Assembly (NCBI GenBank): GCA_030390025.1
Contig: CM059434.1
Coordinates: 45,074,001-45,138,000 of the forward strand
Reading direction: 5' to 3'
Length of the DNA stretch: 64,000 nt
Source of the DNA: Squalus acanthias
Lineage: Eukaryota
Shown here: positions 1 through 12,180 of the stretch, piece by piece
How the letters are laid out: every line of letters starts with the position of its first letter
Numbering within the stretch: the stretch's first letter is position 1
Made by a program: the position numbers and the translations under genes
The notes under the pieces: model-generated
Told to the model about the DNA's origin: nothing
Seen by the model: only the letters and a program-made list of their open reading frames with translations
Database searches by the model: none

Positions 1-2589
1 ATCACCTCACACTTCTCTGTATTAAATTCCATCTGCCACTTGTCTGCCCATTATGCTAGCCTTTCTATGTCCTGTTGCAGTTGATTGGTATCATCTTCAC
101 TGTTTGCCACACCTCCAAGTTAGGTGTCATCGGCAAATTTAGAAATTCTACTCTGTATTCCAATATCCAGGTCATTTATATATATATATCAAAACAAGCA
201 GTGGCCCCAGCACTGAACCTTGGGGAACACCACTTTCTACCATCCTCCAGTCTGAAAAACAGCCATTTACCACAACTCGCTGTTTTCTGTCCTTAAGCCA
301 ATTCCTTATCCAAGCTGCCACTGACCCACCTAATCCATGAGCCTCAATTTTGTTAACCAGCCTTCTATGTGATACTTTGTCAAACGCTTTCCTAAAATCC
401 ATGTAGACAACATCCATTACATTTCCTTCATCAATCCTCCCTGTTACTTCATCAAAAAATTCAATTAGATTAGTCAAACACCATCTGCCTTTTACAAATC
501 TGTGTTGGCTCTCCTTAATTAGCTTAAACCTCTCCAAGTGCCTGTTAATTGTTTCCTTGATTATTGTTTCTAAAACTTTACCCACCACTGATGTTAAACT
601 GACTGGACTGTAGTTACTAGGATTGTGCTTACACCCTTTCTTGAACAATGGCGTCACATTTGCCACTTTCCAATCCTCAGGCACCTCCCCAGCATCTAGG
701 GAAGATTGGAAAATTATGGCAAGCGCTTCCACTATCTCCTCCCCCAATTCCCTTAGCAACCTGGGATGCAAGCCATCTGGATCAGGTGACTTATCCACTC
801 TAAGCATACCCAGCCTTTCTAGTACATCCTGTCTATCAGTTTTCACCCCTTCCATTGCTTCTACCTTTTCTACTTCTACCAATATTTTGTCAGCATCCAC
901 CTCCTTAGTAAACACCAATACAAAGTTCTCATTGATTTTCTAGCCTTGCCCTGCACCTCGAAGCATATATCACCTTCTTTGTCTCTAATAGGCCCCACCC
1001 TGCTTCTTACTACCTGCTTACTGTTTACATGCCAGTAGAAGATTTTTGGGTTCCCTTTTATTTTAACCGCCATTCTACTGTCATATTCTCTCTTTGCCAA
1101 TCTTATTTTCATCTTCACTTCCCCTCTCAACTTATTGTATTTGGTCTGGTTCTCCTTTGAAGAATTCACCTGACATGCCTCATACACCCTCTTTTTTTGT
1201 TTCATCATCTTATCTATCTCCCTCATCATCCAAGGACCACTTGCTTTCGTTCCCTTACCCTTCCCTCTTGTTGGAATGTATCTAGCCTGTACTCAGAACA
1301 TCTCCTCCTTAAAGATCACCCATTGTTCCGTTACAGTTTTTCCTGTCAGTCTTTGGTTCTTTACCCTGGCTAGATCCTTTCGCATCCCATTGAAGTTAGT
1401 CCTATTCCAGTTTAGAAGTTCCACTCTAGATTGTTCCTTGCTCCTCTCTATTGCTAATCTAAATCATATGATACGATGATCACTCGTACCCAAGTGTTCT
1501 CCCACAGAGACTTGGTCGACCTGGTCCACCTCATTCCCCAGCACCAGGTCCAGCAATACCTCCTTCCTAGTTGGGCCAACAACATACTGGTCAAGGAAAT
1601 TTTCCAGAACACATTTCAGAAATTCCTCTCTCTCCTTTCCCTTTACCCTCGCATTATCCCAATCGATATTTGGGTAATTAAAGTCCCTGAATATCACCAC
1701 TCTATAGCGCTTGCATACCTCTGCAATTACCCTTCAGATTTGCTCCTCTACACCTCTCTCACTATTTGGAGGCCTATAGAGTACCCCTAATAGCATGATC
1801 ATACCCTTTTTGCCCCTCAACTCTAACCAAATGGATTCTGTCCTTGTCCCCTCAAGAACATCCTCCCTTTCCAACACTACAATGTCTTCCTTTATCAGCA
1901 CTGCCACCCCACCTCCCTTTTTTCCTTCCCTATCTTTTCTGAACACCTTGTACCCTTGAATATTAAGTGCCCAGTCCTCACCGTTTTTAAGCCACGTTTC
2001 CGTTATTGCCACAATATCATATTGCCACATGGCTAATTGTGCTTGTAGCTCACCAACCTTATTCACCACACTTTGTGCGTTTACGTACATGCAATCTAAA
2101 CCCATTTTTGAATTTTTCGTAGTCTTTCTTAGTCTGCTCCTATCTAATATGGTACTACTTCCGCCTCCAGCACTACGTTCCCCTCCAGTACCATCCAACA
2201 CACTCACTCATCCATGCACTCCATTCCTCCCCTCTGCTCCTACATGCTGGGGCCCATCCCCCTGCCAAGCTAGTTTAAACCCTCCCCAACAGCGCTAGCA
2301 AACCCCGCCGTGAGAATATTGGTCCCGGTTCTGTTGAGGTGTAACCCATCCGGCTTGTACAGGTCCCACCTTCCCCAGAAATGGTCCCAATGCCTCACGA
2401 ATCTAAAATCCTCCCTCCTGCACCATCTCTCCAGCCGCGCATTCATCTGTTCTATCCTCCTATTCCTGTACTCACTAGCATGTGGCACTGGGATTAATCG
2501 GAGATTACTACCTTTGAGATCCTGCTTTTTAATCTCTTTCCTAGCTCCCTATAGTCTGCCTGCAGAACCTCATCCCTCTTTCTGCCTAT
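1..2589 (-). mobile_element. CR1-clade LINE, 5'-truncated and degraded (end of ORF1 esterase plus ORF2 endonuclease/RT), running off the left edge
   Basis: Minus-strand fragments: ORF1 C-terminus (..YKPDGLHLN.., 2270-2488); APE endonuclease (YVNAQS, ITETWL, YRPP, DFNYP, SDH; 1464-2207); RT ([33 protein letters not shown]; 172-918). Broken by stops and frameshifts. Confidence 0.93.
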
Positions 2590-4370
2590 TATTCCTTACA
2601 TCATTGCTCTTGTAACAACGCGACCTCATGGATCAGTTCGATGGTAGTCGTACCTAAGAAGAATGGCATACTACGCATCTGCTTCGATTCTAAAGACTTA
2701 AACAAGGCTATCAAGTGAGAACATTATCCTCTACCAACAACAAGATGTAGCTACACACCTACACAGTGCTAAAGTTTTCATGATTCTCAATGTCCGAAGT
2801 GGGTTTTGACACGTGAGTCTCGATGAACAGTCATCATACCTTACTACATTCCACACACCTTTTGGACAATACCGCTGAAAGCGTATGCCATTTGGGATCA
2901 GCTCAGCGCCAGAAGTTTTCCAACGAAAAATGCATGAGCTGGTGGAAGGACTGAAAGGGATAGAGGTCATTGCAGAGGATTTTGTGATGGTTTGTTTTGG
3001 AGAAATGCTTGAAGTAGCATTCGAGACCATGATAAACACCTAGAAGCTTTCCTACAGCGATGCAATGATCATGGAGTGGTGTTAAACAAAGATAAAATGA
3101 AACTTTGGATGCAAGAAGTTCTTTTTATTGGACATGTTGCTATGGAAAGAGGACTATGTGTGGATCCAGCCAAAGTTAAAGTGGTTTTGGAGATGCAGAC
3201 ACCGATTGATGTAGCAGGGATCTACCGACTGCTTGGACTTGCTTAATATCTGAGTAAGTTTCTTCCGCATCTGTCAGACATAACAAAATTGCTCAGAGAT
3301 TTACCACAGAATGATGCAGTGATTCCGGGGAGAATCGCAAGAATTGGTGCTGCAATGACTTAAAGTAGCGGTCACCAGCACACCAGTCCTTCAGTATTAT
3401 AATCCCAAAAAAGAAATCACTTTACAACGTGATGCATCTCAATTTGAACTTGGAGCAGCAATGATGCAGAAAGGACAATTGGTTGTGTATGCATCAAGGG
3501 CATTGACAGCAGCAGAGACAAAATACACACAGATTGAGAAAGAACTTCTCGCGATTGTGTTCGCCTGTGATAAATTTGAAGCCTACATCTATGGCCGGAA
3601 CATGGTGAATATTGAAAAGGATCACCATCGGTTAGAATCAATAGTTCTCAAGCTACTAAACAGCGCGCCTTAGAGACTTCAAAGAATGCTGTTAAGACTC
3701 TAAAAATATTGCCTGAAAGTATCTTATAAGGGGAAAAGATGGTCCTGGCAGATACACCGAGAATAGCAGATCTGCCAGAAGTTAACGCCTGTGATTTACA
3801 CTTGAGCTGGAAAAATTGATCATTGCGAAGCACTTGCAGTTGGTGACTCATGTTGGCAACAACTTAAACATGCTGCAGTGGATGACCCGGTTCAGAAGCA
3901 GCTGCGGGTTATTATTCAGCAAGGCTGGTTTGGGATCAAATCAGAGGTGCCTGAATGCCTCCGCCCTTACTTTGACTTTCGAGATGAACTAACTGTCCAA
4001 GGAAATTTGATATTCAAGGGACAGCATCTCACAGTACCAGCTGTATTGCAGAAAGAGTTGTATCCGTAGAGTCCTTGACAGCCTCTATTGGGCCAGAATG
4101 TCAACAGAGCTTAAACAAAAAATTGCCAATTGTGAAATCTGTTTGGCTCATAGGAGTTCTGCAAGTAAGAAACCATTATTACAGCACAAGAGTGTGGCTA
4201 GGCCTTGGTCGAAGGTTGGGACTGACCTTTGTGAGTTACATAGCCTTACCCTGCTCTTTGTGTGTGACTATTTCAGTAACTTTATCACAGAAGCCAGCCT
4301 CATTTCAGTTAATACTCGCAGTGTTCTGAGAGAACTTCAAGAGATGTTTGCAAGATTTGGGATAACAGAG
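2590..4370 (+). mobile_element. Gypsy/Ty3 LTR retrotransposon pol, part 1 (RT, RNase H, integrase N-terminus), pseudogenised
   Basis: Translated fragments WISSMVVVPKKNG..LRIC, TTFHTPFGQY..RMPFGISSAPEVFQ, YASRALTAAETKYTQIEKELLAIVFAC (RNase H) and CEIC..RPWSKVGTDL..CDYFS (integrase). The RT-RH-IN order is diagnostic of Gypsy. Confidence 0.92.
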
Positions 4371-4666
4371 GCGGCGGACCTGGGTGGAGCGACAGCGGCG
4401 AGGCGGCGGCAATAAAAGGCGGCAGCGACCAGGTAGGCCCACAGAGGCGGCGGACCTGGGTGGAGCGACAGCGGCGAGGCGGCGGCAATAAAAGGCGGCA
4501 GCGACCAGGTAGGCCCACAGAGGCGGCGGACCTGGGTGGAGCGACAGCGGCGAGGCGGCGGCAATAAAAGGCGGCAGCGACCAGGTAGGCCCACAGAGGC
4601 GGCGGACCTGGGTGGAGCGACAGCGGCGAGGCGGCGGCAATAAAAGGCGGCAGCGACCAGGTAGGC
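4365..4666 (+). repeat. Four identical 76-bp GC-rich tandem monomers at the CR1 5' end
   Basis: ACAGAGGCGGCGGACCTGGG...CCAGGTAGGCCC starts at 4365, 4441, 4517 and 4593; the last copy is 2 nt short. Confidence 0.95.
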
Positions 4667-4942
4667 TTACCAATCTGAGCCCCGAGAGCGGGAGAGAGAG
4701 AAGTAAAAAATAATCAAAGTGTGATGTCACCAGAAAGCAGGTTGGTGAGTATTTCTCTTTTTCTCCTTTTTCCAAACTTAAATTTTGTGGTTTATAGTTT
4801 CTAGGGTCTCTGTGGTGTAGCGGGGACAGTTGGTAAACAAGGGCCCTATATCATTTAATTATAGTATAATTGGTGGGATTGATTTGATTTAATTTAAGTT
4901 CAATTAATTAAAGGGTAAGTCACGGCAACACAGCTCGGCACC

Positions 4943-5861
4943 GTGGTATGCTCCTCCTGCGCTATGTGGGAAATCGGGGACACTTCCTGTGCCTCTGACG
5001 ACCATGTGTGCAGCAAGTGTATCCAGCTGCAGCTACTGGCAGACCGCATTGTGGTGCTGGAGCTGCAAATGGATACATACGCGATGCTGAGGACCTCGTG
5101 GATAGCACGTTTAACCAGTTGGTCACACCGCAGGTAAAGGTTGCACAGGCAGAAAGTGAATGGGTGACCACCAAGCAGAGTAGTAGGCGCAGGCAGGTAG
5201 AGCGGGAGTCCCCTGTGGACATCCCCCTCTCAAACAGATATACCGCTTTGGATACTGTTGAGGGGGATGGCTTATCAGGGGAAGGCAGCAGCAGCCAACT
5301 TCCTGGCACCGGGGGTGGTTCTGCTGCACAGGATGGGAGGAAAAAGAGGGGTAGAGCTATAGTGACAGGGGATTCTATTGTAAGGGGAATAGATAGGCGT
5401 TTCTGCGGCCGCAAACGAGACTCCAGGATGGTGTGTTGCCTCCCTGGTGCAAGGGTCAAGGATGTCTCAGAGCAGCTGCAGAACATTTTGGAAGGGGAGG
5501 GTGAACAGCCAGTTGTCATGGTGCATATAGGTACCAACGATATAGGTAAAAAACGGGATGAGGTCCTAAAAGCTGAATATAGGAAGTTAGAGGTAAATTT
5601 AAAAATAGGATCTCAAAGGTAGTAATCTCAGGATTTCTACCAGTGCCACGTGCTAGTCAGAGTAGAAATAGAAGGATATTTCAGCTGAATACGTGGCTAG
5701 AGGAATGGTGCAAGGGGGAGAGATTCAAATTCCTGGGACATTGGAACCGGTTCTGGGGGAGGTGGGACCAGTACAAATCGGACGGTTTGCACCTGGGCAG
5801 GACCGGGACCAATGTCCTTGGGGGAGTGTTTGCTAGTGCTCTGGCGGAGGGTTTAAACTAA
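4943..5861 (+). pseudogene. CR1 ORF1 (zinc finger/leucine zipper plus SGNH esterase), frameshifted
   Basis: VCSSCAMWE..VCSKCIQLQLL, IVTGDSIVRG, VHIGTND and DGLHL are split across ORFs 4943-5137, 5008-5622 and 5643-5861. Confidence 0.9.
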
Positions 5862-5968
5862 AATGGCAGGGGGTTGGGAATCTGAGCAGGGAGACAGAGG
5901 AAAGGGAAACAAGGATAGAAGCAAAAGTCAGGAAGGAAAAAAACAAAGGTGTCAGTCAGAGAAATCAA

Positions 5969-6857
5969 GGGGGAAAAATTCAGTTGGTTGCGCCTCCCGT
6001 TAGCACCTTAAGAGGGTGCTAATGGGGCGCAAAACAACTAGCACCCAGGCGCGGCGATGTTTGCGCCGCTCACGAAATTAACTAGACATTTTGCGGCGGC
6101 GCTAAACACTACCGCCACGATCTCCTGCGCCGGCAGATCATGACGTCAGTCGAGTGCGCAACGCCCCGGTAGCGCCCCGTGGAGGATATTGAGTGGCGCC
6201 CCCTGCCTTACCGCCTGCCGCTAGCAACGACAGGTTGAGGGGAGTGTATTGCAGTCAGGAAGGGACTGGGGGAGCGCTAATTAAAGGCGACCGCTTCCTG
6301 CCTTTTTTTGTTGGTGACATTTTTGAACCACGCATTCTGAGAGAGAGATACACTTCTGGAGAGATTCAATGCTGTGTGAAGGAGTTTTGGGTACTAAGCA
6401 GCACTTTGCAGGTTCATTTTGATTTGCCCTTCCTTGTATTGATTTAGAAGAGACTGTGGGGGCTGCACTCTGAGCTCTTTCCCTGGTTCTCTCCATTGAT
6501 CTTTCCAGCAGATTTGATGTACAGGTCTCTCCAGGCCGAGATTCAAGGCTGCAATGAGCAGGATGTGGATGGAAAGAAAGATCAGCCCTCCCCTTTAAGA
6601 ACTGGCAGGGGCCATTGTGTCTGTGTTCCATTGCTGACTGACATCACATGAGCTTCGCCAGCGCTCTGAGTTAGCGCCTCGCTCCTCGACCTTTGCGCCT
6701 TAAGACAGATGTGTAGCGCCTGATTTAGTGCTCCAGTCAACTCCAGGGGCGATAAAAGTCAAGTTTGCAGTCGGAGGCGATAGTTAGCGCCAGGCGCTAA
6801 TCTTTGCGCCCGGCCGATAATTGCGCCCCAAATGAGGCGATACTGAATTTTTCCCCC
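5969..6857. mobile_element. Non-autonomous DNA transposon (MITE), probably PIF/Harbinger-like
   Basis: Perfect 16-bp TIRs GGGGGAAAAATTCAGT (5969-5984) and ACTGAATTTTTCCCCC (6842-6857). 3-bp TSD CAA at 5966-5968 and 6858-6860. No transposase ORF. Confidence 0.88.
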
Positions 6858-6929
6858 CAAGGGTTTAAATCAAACGTGGCCACAGTAAATAATAATTCTA
6901 AAAGGTCTAAGAGCGTTAAAAAAACAAGC

Positions 6930-9737
6930 CTGAAGGCTTTGTGTCTTAATGCGAGGAGCATTCGTAATAAGGTGGATGAATTAGCTGCGCAAATAGAGGT
7001 AAATGAATATGATATGATTGGGATTACGGAAACATGGCTCCAGGGTGACCAAGGCTGGGAACTCAACATACAGGGATATTCAATATTCAGGAAAGATAGG
7101 CAAAAAGGAAAAGGAGGTGGGGTAGCATTGTTGGTTAAAGAGGGGATTAACACAATTGTAAGGAAGGATATTAGCTCTGATGATGTGGAATCTGTATGGG
7201 TAGAACTGAGAAATACCAAGGGGCAGAAAACGCTAGTGGGAGTGGTGTATGGACCCCCAAACAGTAATACAGAGGTTGGGGATGGCATTAAAAAGGAAAT
7301 TAGAGAAGCGTGCAATAAGAGCACAGCAGTTATCATGGGCGACTTTAATCTACATATAGATTGGGCTAACTAAATTAGTAACAATACTGTGGAGGAGGAA
7401 TTCCTGGAGTGTATACGGGATGGTTTCCTGGACCAATATGTCGAGGAACCAACTAGAGATCAGGCCATCTTAGACTGGGTATTATGTAATGAGAAAGGAT
7501 CAATTAGCAATCTTGTTGTGCGAGGCCCCTTGGGTCGGAGCGATCATAATATGATAGAATTCTTCATTAAGATGGAGAGTGAAGTAGTTGACTCAGAGAC
7601 TAGGGTCCTGAATTTAAATAAAGGAAACTACGAAGGTAAGAGGCGCGAGTTGGGTAGGATTGATTGGGGAATGTCACTCAAAGGGTTGACGGTGGATAGG
7701 CAATGGCAAACATTCAAAGATCGCATGAATAAACTACAGAATTTGTTCATCCCAGTTTGACATAAAAATAAAACAAAAAAGGTGACTCAACCGTGGCTAA
7801 CAAAGGAAATTAGGGATAGCATAAGATCCAAGGAGAGGACATATAAATTGGCCAGAAAAATCAGAAAACCTGAGGATTGGGAGCAGTATAGGATTCAGCA
7901 AAGAAGGACAAAGGGATTAATTAAGAGGGGGAAAATAAAGTATGAGAGTAAGCTTGCAGGGAACATAAAAACTGACTGTAAAAGCTTTTATAGATATGTG
8001 AAGAGAAAAAGATTGGTGAAGTCAAGAGTAGGTCCCTTGCAGTCAGAATCAGGGGAATTTATAATGGGGAACAAAGAAATGGCAGACCAATTAAATACAT
8101 ACTTTGGTTCTGTCTTCACAAAGGAGGACACAAATAACCTCCCAGAGATGTCGGGGAACATAGGGTCTAATGAGAGGGAGGAACTGAAAGAAATCAGTAT
8201 TTGTAGGGAAATAGTGTTCGGGAAATTGATGGGATTGAAGGCCGATAAATCCCCAGGGCCTGATAATCTACATCCTAGGGTACTTAAGGAAGTGGCCCTA
8301 GAAATAGTAGATGCATTGCTGGTCATCTTCCAAAATTCTATAGACTCTGGAACAGTACCCATGGATTGGAGGGTAGCTAATGTTACCCCACTATTCAAAA
8401 AAGGTGGTAGAGAGAAAACGAGGAATTATAGACCGGTAAGCCTGACATCGGTAGTGGGGAAAATGCTAGAGTCCATTATAAAAGATGTAATAGCAGAGCA
8501 CTTGGAAAACAGTGACAGGATCGGACAAAGTCAACATGGATTTACAAAAGGTAAATCGTGCTTGACTAATCTACTGGGATTTTTTGAGGATGTAACTGGT
8601 AAAATAGATAAGGGAGAACCAGTGGATGTGGTGTATTTGGACTTTCAGAAGGCTTTCGATAAGGTCCCGCATAAGAGATTAGCGTGTAAAGTTAAGGCAC
8701 ATGGGATTGGGGGCAAGGTATTGACTTGGATAGAGAACTGGTTGGCAGACAGAAAGCAAAGAGTTGGAATAAATGGGTCTTTTTCCGAGTGGCAGGCAGT
8801 GACTAGTGGGGTACCGCAGGGATCGGTCCTAGGACTCCAGCTATTCACAATATATATTAATGATCTAGATGAGGGAACTAGATGTAATATCTCCAAGTTT
8901 GCAGATGACACAAAGCTGGGTGGGAGTGTGTGCCGTGAGGAGGATGCCGAGAAACTCCAGTATGATTTGGACAGGTTGGGTGATTGGGCAGAAGAATGGC
9001 AGATGCAATATAATTTGGATAAATGCGAGGTTATCCACTTTGGTGTCAAAAACAGGAAGGCAGATTATTATCTGAATGGTAATAGATTGGGAGAAGGGGA
9101 AGTGCAGCGAGACCTGGGTGTCCTTGTGCACCAGTCACTGAAGGTAAGCATGCAGGTGCAGCAGACGGTTAAGAAGGCAAATGGTATGTTGGCCTTCGTA
9201 GCGAAAGGGTTCGAGTGCAGGAACAAGGATGTCTTGCTGCAGTTGTACAGCGCCTTGGTGAGACCACATCTTGGGTATTGTGTGCAGTTTTGGTCGCCTT
9301 ATCTGAGGAAGGATGTTCTTGCCATGGAGGGAGTGCAGCGAAGATTCACCAGGCTGATACCTGGGATGGCAGGAATGACGTATGAGAAGAGATTGGGTCG
9401 ATTGGGCTTATACTCGCTGGAGTTTAGAAGAATGAGAGGGGATCTCATTGAAACTTATAAAATTCTAACAGGACTAGACAGACTAGATGCAAGAAGGATG
9501 TTCCCGATGGCCGGGGAGTCCAGAACCAGGGGTCACAGTCTAAGGATAAGGGGTAAGCCATTTAGGACTGAGATGAGGAGGAATTTCTTCACCCGGAGAG
9601 TGGTGAACCTGTGGAATTCTCTACCACAGAAGGCAGTAGAGGCCAATTCATTAAATATATTCAAGAAGGAGTTAGATATATTTCTTAAAGCTAAAAGGAT
9701 CAAGGGATATGGAGAGAAGGCAGGGACAGGGTACTGA
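6930..9737 (+). pseudogene. CR1 ORF2 endonuclease-reverse transcriptase with two in-frame stops
   Basis: ORFs 6804-7373, 7389-7760 and 7782-9737 share one frame. Motifs: CLNARS, ITETWL, GDFN, SDH, YRPVSLTS, LDFQKAFDKV, GVPQGS, FADD. Start position is approximate. Confidence 0.94.
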
Positions 9738-9834
9738 ATTTGGATGATCAGCCATGATCTCATTGAATGGCGGAGCAGGCTCGAGGGGCTGAATGGCCTG
9801 CTCCTGCTCCTATCTTCTATGTTTCTGAGTTTCT

Positions 9835-10866
9835 ATCCTTGTAACGGATAATGGTCCACAATTTGCATCAGCAGAATTTGCAGTGTTTGCCAAGAGATGG
9901 GGATTGAGACACGTGACATCATCATCTCACTACCCGCAGTCCAATGGCAAAGCTGAGAATGCCGTCAAGACCATGAAACAACTCTTCACGAAGTGCAAGG
10001 AGTCCGGTCAATCTGAGTTTCTAGCTCTATTACATTGGCACAACGCGCCGAGTGAAGGTGTAGAAAGAAGCCCTGCACAGAGACTTCTGGGTCGTAGGTG
10101 CAAGACATTACTTCCTATAGCGGGAAGACTCCAATAGCCTAGGTATTCAACTAAGGAAGACACTTGTGCGCTTGTTGGCATGAAACAATGTCAGCAGTAT
10201 TATTATGACAAGAATGCTAAGCCACTTCAAGAAAGAAGAAAGAAAGACTTACATTTATATAGCGCCTTTCACGATCACCGGAAGTACTTTTGGAGTGTAG
10301 TCACTGTTGTAATGTGGGAAACGTGGCAGCCAATTTGCGCACAGCAAGCTTCCACACACAAACGGCAATGTGATAGTGACCAGATAATCTGTTTTTTTTG
10401 TTATGTTGATTGAGGGATAAATATTGGCCGGGACACCGGAGATAACTCTTCGAAATAGTGTCATGGGATCTTTTACGTCCACCTGAGAGAGCAGACAGGG
10501 CCTCGGAGCAGTCAAGAATTAAACCCCGGTGATACAGTGCGGAAGAAACTCCCTGGTCAGAGCACTTGGGGTGCTGGGACATGCACACGGGTGATGGGTC
10601 CGAGAAGTTATGGTGTGAAAGTCGGAAACTCATCATACAACAGGAATCGGCGTCAGTTGACTTATGCTGTAAGCAAAGCACCTGTGATTGAGGACTTCCC
10701 TGAAACGCAGGTCCCCAGCGCTCCTCTGAACTGTTCACAGTCTCCAAAGAAAGAAGCAACAACTACAACACCTAAAATGCCCAGTAGTCAAACACCAATC
10801 ACCGATCGCGGTTCTGGAAGATAGCGTCAGCCTGCATCTCAATTGAAGGACTATTTGTTTTTATAG
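9835..10866 (+). mobile_element. Gypsy pol, part 2 (integrase core and C-terminus)
   Basis: ILVTDNGPQFASAEF, TSSSHYPQSNGKAENAVKT, PGDTVR..GPRSY..YNRNRRQL and a terminal ..LKDY motif. Interrupted by a SINE. Confidence 0.9.
10234..10511 (-). mobile_element. 5'-truncated SINE, DeuSINE (SacSINE1/AmnSINE1)-like, with an L2-type 3' tail
   Basis: Contains GGGATCTTTTACGTCCACCTGAGAG..CAGACAGGGCCTCGG (Deu-like core, recognised from memory). Minus-strand tail GGCGCTATATAAATGTAAGTCTTTCTTTC. Flanked by direct repeat TCAAGAA at 10227-10233 and 10512-10518. Confidence 0.75.
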
Positions 10867-10976
10867 GGCCTGCTTGTGATTGCGTGTTTTGCTTTGGTTA
10901 AATCTCAGAATTCCTTTATATGGGTTTTTTTAAATTCTGAAATAGTTAGTATATTCTTTTATTTTGAGGGAAAAGA

Positions 10977-11189
10977 TGCGACACGAGATGCACATTAGAT
11001 GTAAGTACGTATGCATGTGAATCGTCAGCATGGGATTAGTCATGTGACTCGACAGGTGATTCCTTTGTGCTCTCTCTCTTTTCTGTATGTGGTCTCGTAA
11101 AGAAGCAGCCTTTTGCAGCTTCTGAAGTTACTGTGAGTTAGCTGGTTATTTATATATACCTAAATAAAATGTTGATATTCTTCATAACA
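10977..11189 (+). repeat. Probable Gypsy 3' LTR with preceding polypurine tract
   Basis: PPT GAGGGAAAAGA (10966-10976) is followed directly by TG. AATAAA at 11163 and an ..ATAACA end at 11189. The partner LTR is not in the window. Confidence 0.6.
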
Positions 11190-11635
11190 AATCAGGGCTA
11201 CACCTATTATTAAAGAGATATCGACACAGTGTGGTGAGTGAATGTGGAGGGAGCTCATCGACTTTTTTGTCACAAAGATTGAGACCATCCGATCAGCTGG
11301 CTCTGCCACTTCCCTCCCTTCCCGGAGCCCACTGGGCCAAACTTGCTCGAAGGTTCCCCGCTGCCCGAGCCCTGAACTCGCATCTTTCTCTAGTTTCTCT
11401 CCTATCTCCTCTCATGCCCTCTCTGAGCTCATCTTGTCCATGAGACCCATTTCCTGCTCCCTCAACTCTATTCCCACTAAACTGCTTACCACCCACCTGG
11501 CTCCCATGTTACCTGATATTGTTAATGGTTCTCTTTCATCAGGTACTGTCCCCATTTCTTCAAATCTGCCGTCATCACCCCCCTCCTCATAAAAACAACC
11601 CTTGAACCCACCATCCTTGCAAACTAATGTCCCAT

Positions 11636-11808
11636 TTAAAAAAATTAATTCATGGGATGTGGGTGTCGCTGGCAAGACCAGCATTTATTGCCCATCCCAA
11701 AGTGCCCTTGAGAAGGTGGTGGTGAGCCGCTTTCTTGAACCACTGCAGTCTGTGAGGTGAAGGTACTCCCACAGTGCTGTTAGGGAGGGAGTTCCAGGAT
11801 TTTGACCC
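11636..11808 (-). mobile_element. 3'-terminal fragment of another CR1-group LINE inserted in the L2
   Basis: Minus strand reads KSWNSLPNSTVGVPSPHRLQWFKKAAHHHLLKG, then GGGCAATAAATGCTGG..CCCACATCCCATGAA. It splits the L2 NYRPISN motif. Confidence 0.75.
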
Positions 11809-12180
11809 AATCTCCAACCTCCCTTTCCTCTTCAAAGTCCTTGAACATGTTGTCACCTCCCAATCTGTGGCCATCTTTCTCGGAACTCTATATTTGAATC
11901 CTTCCAATCAGGTTTCTGTCCCTGCCACAGTACCGAAATGGCTTGTATCAAATTTACAAATGACATCCTATGTGACTGTGACAAATGTAAACTATCTCTC
12001 CTCTTCCTTCTCAACCTGTCTGCAGCCTTTGACACAGTTGACCACACCATCCTCCTCCAATGCCTCTCCACCATCATCCAGATGGGTGGGACTGCACTCG
12101 TTGGTTCCATTCTTATCTAATCATAGCCAAAGCATCACCTGCAATCTCTTCTCTTCCCGCTCCCACACCATTACATCTGG

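Larger units (their letters stand above)
4365..9836 (+). mobile_element. Near full-length CR1 LINE (5' repeats, ORF1, ORF2, 3' UTR) inserted in the Gypsy integrase
   Basis: ORF1 with CxxC..CxxC, a leucine-rich stretch and an SGNH esterase; ORF2 endonuclease-RT; 3' UTR GATCAGCCATGATCTCATTGAATGGCGGAGCAGGCTCGAGGGGCTGAATGGCC ending in TTCTATGT-like repeats. Gypsy sequence resumes in frame on both sides. Confidence 0.95.

Noticed and set aside
4305-4775. Repetitive Pro/Arg-rich ORFs on the minus strand
   Set aside because: They are translations of the 76-bp tandem repeat.
7782-9737. 651-aa ORF as an active or domesticated reverse transcriptase gene
   Set aside because: It is the distal part of CR1 ORF2, cut off from its endonuclease by two stops. 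ORF1 is frameshifted and a MITE interrupts the element.
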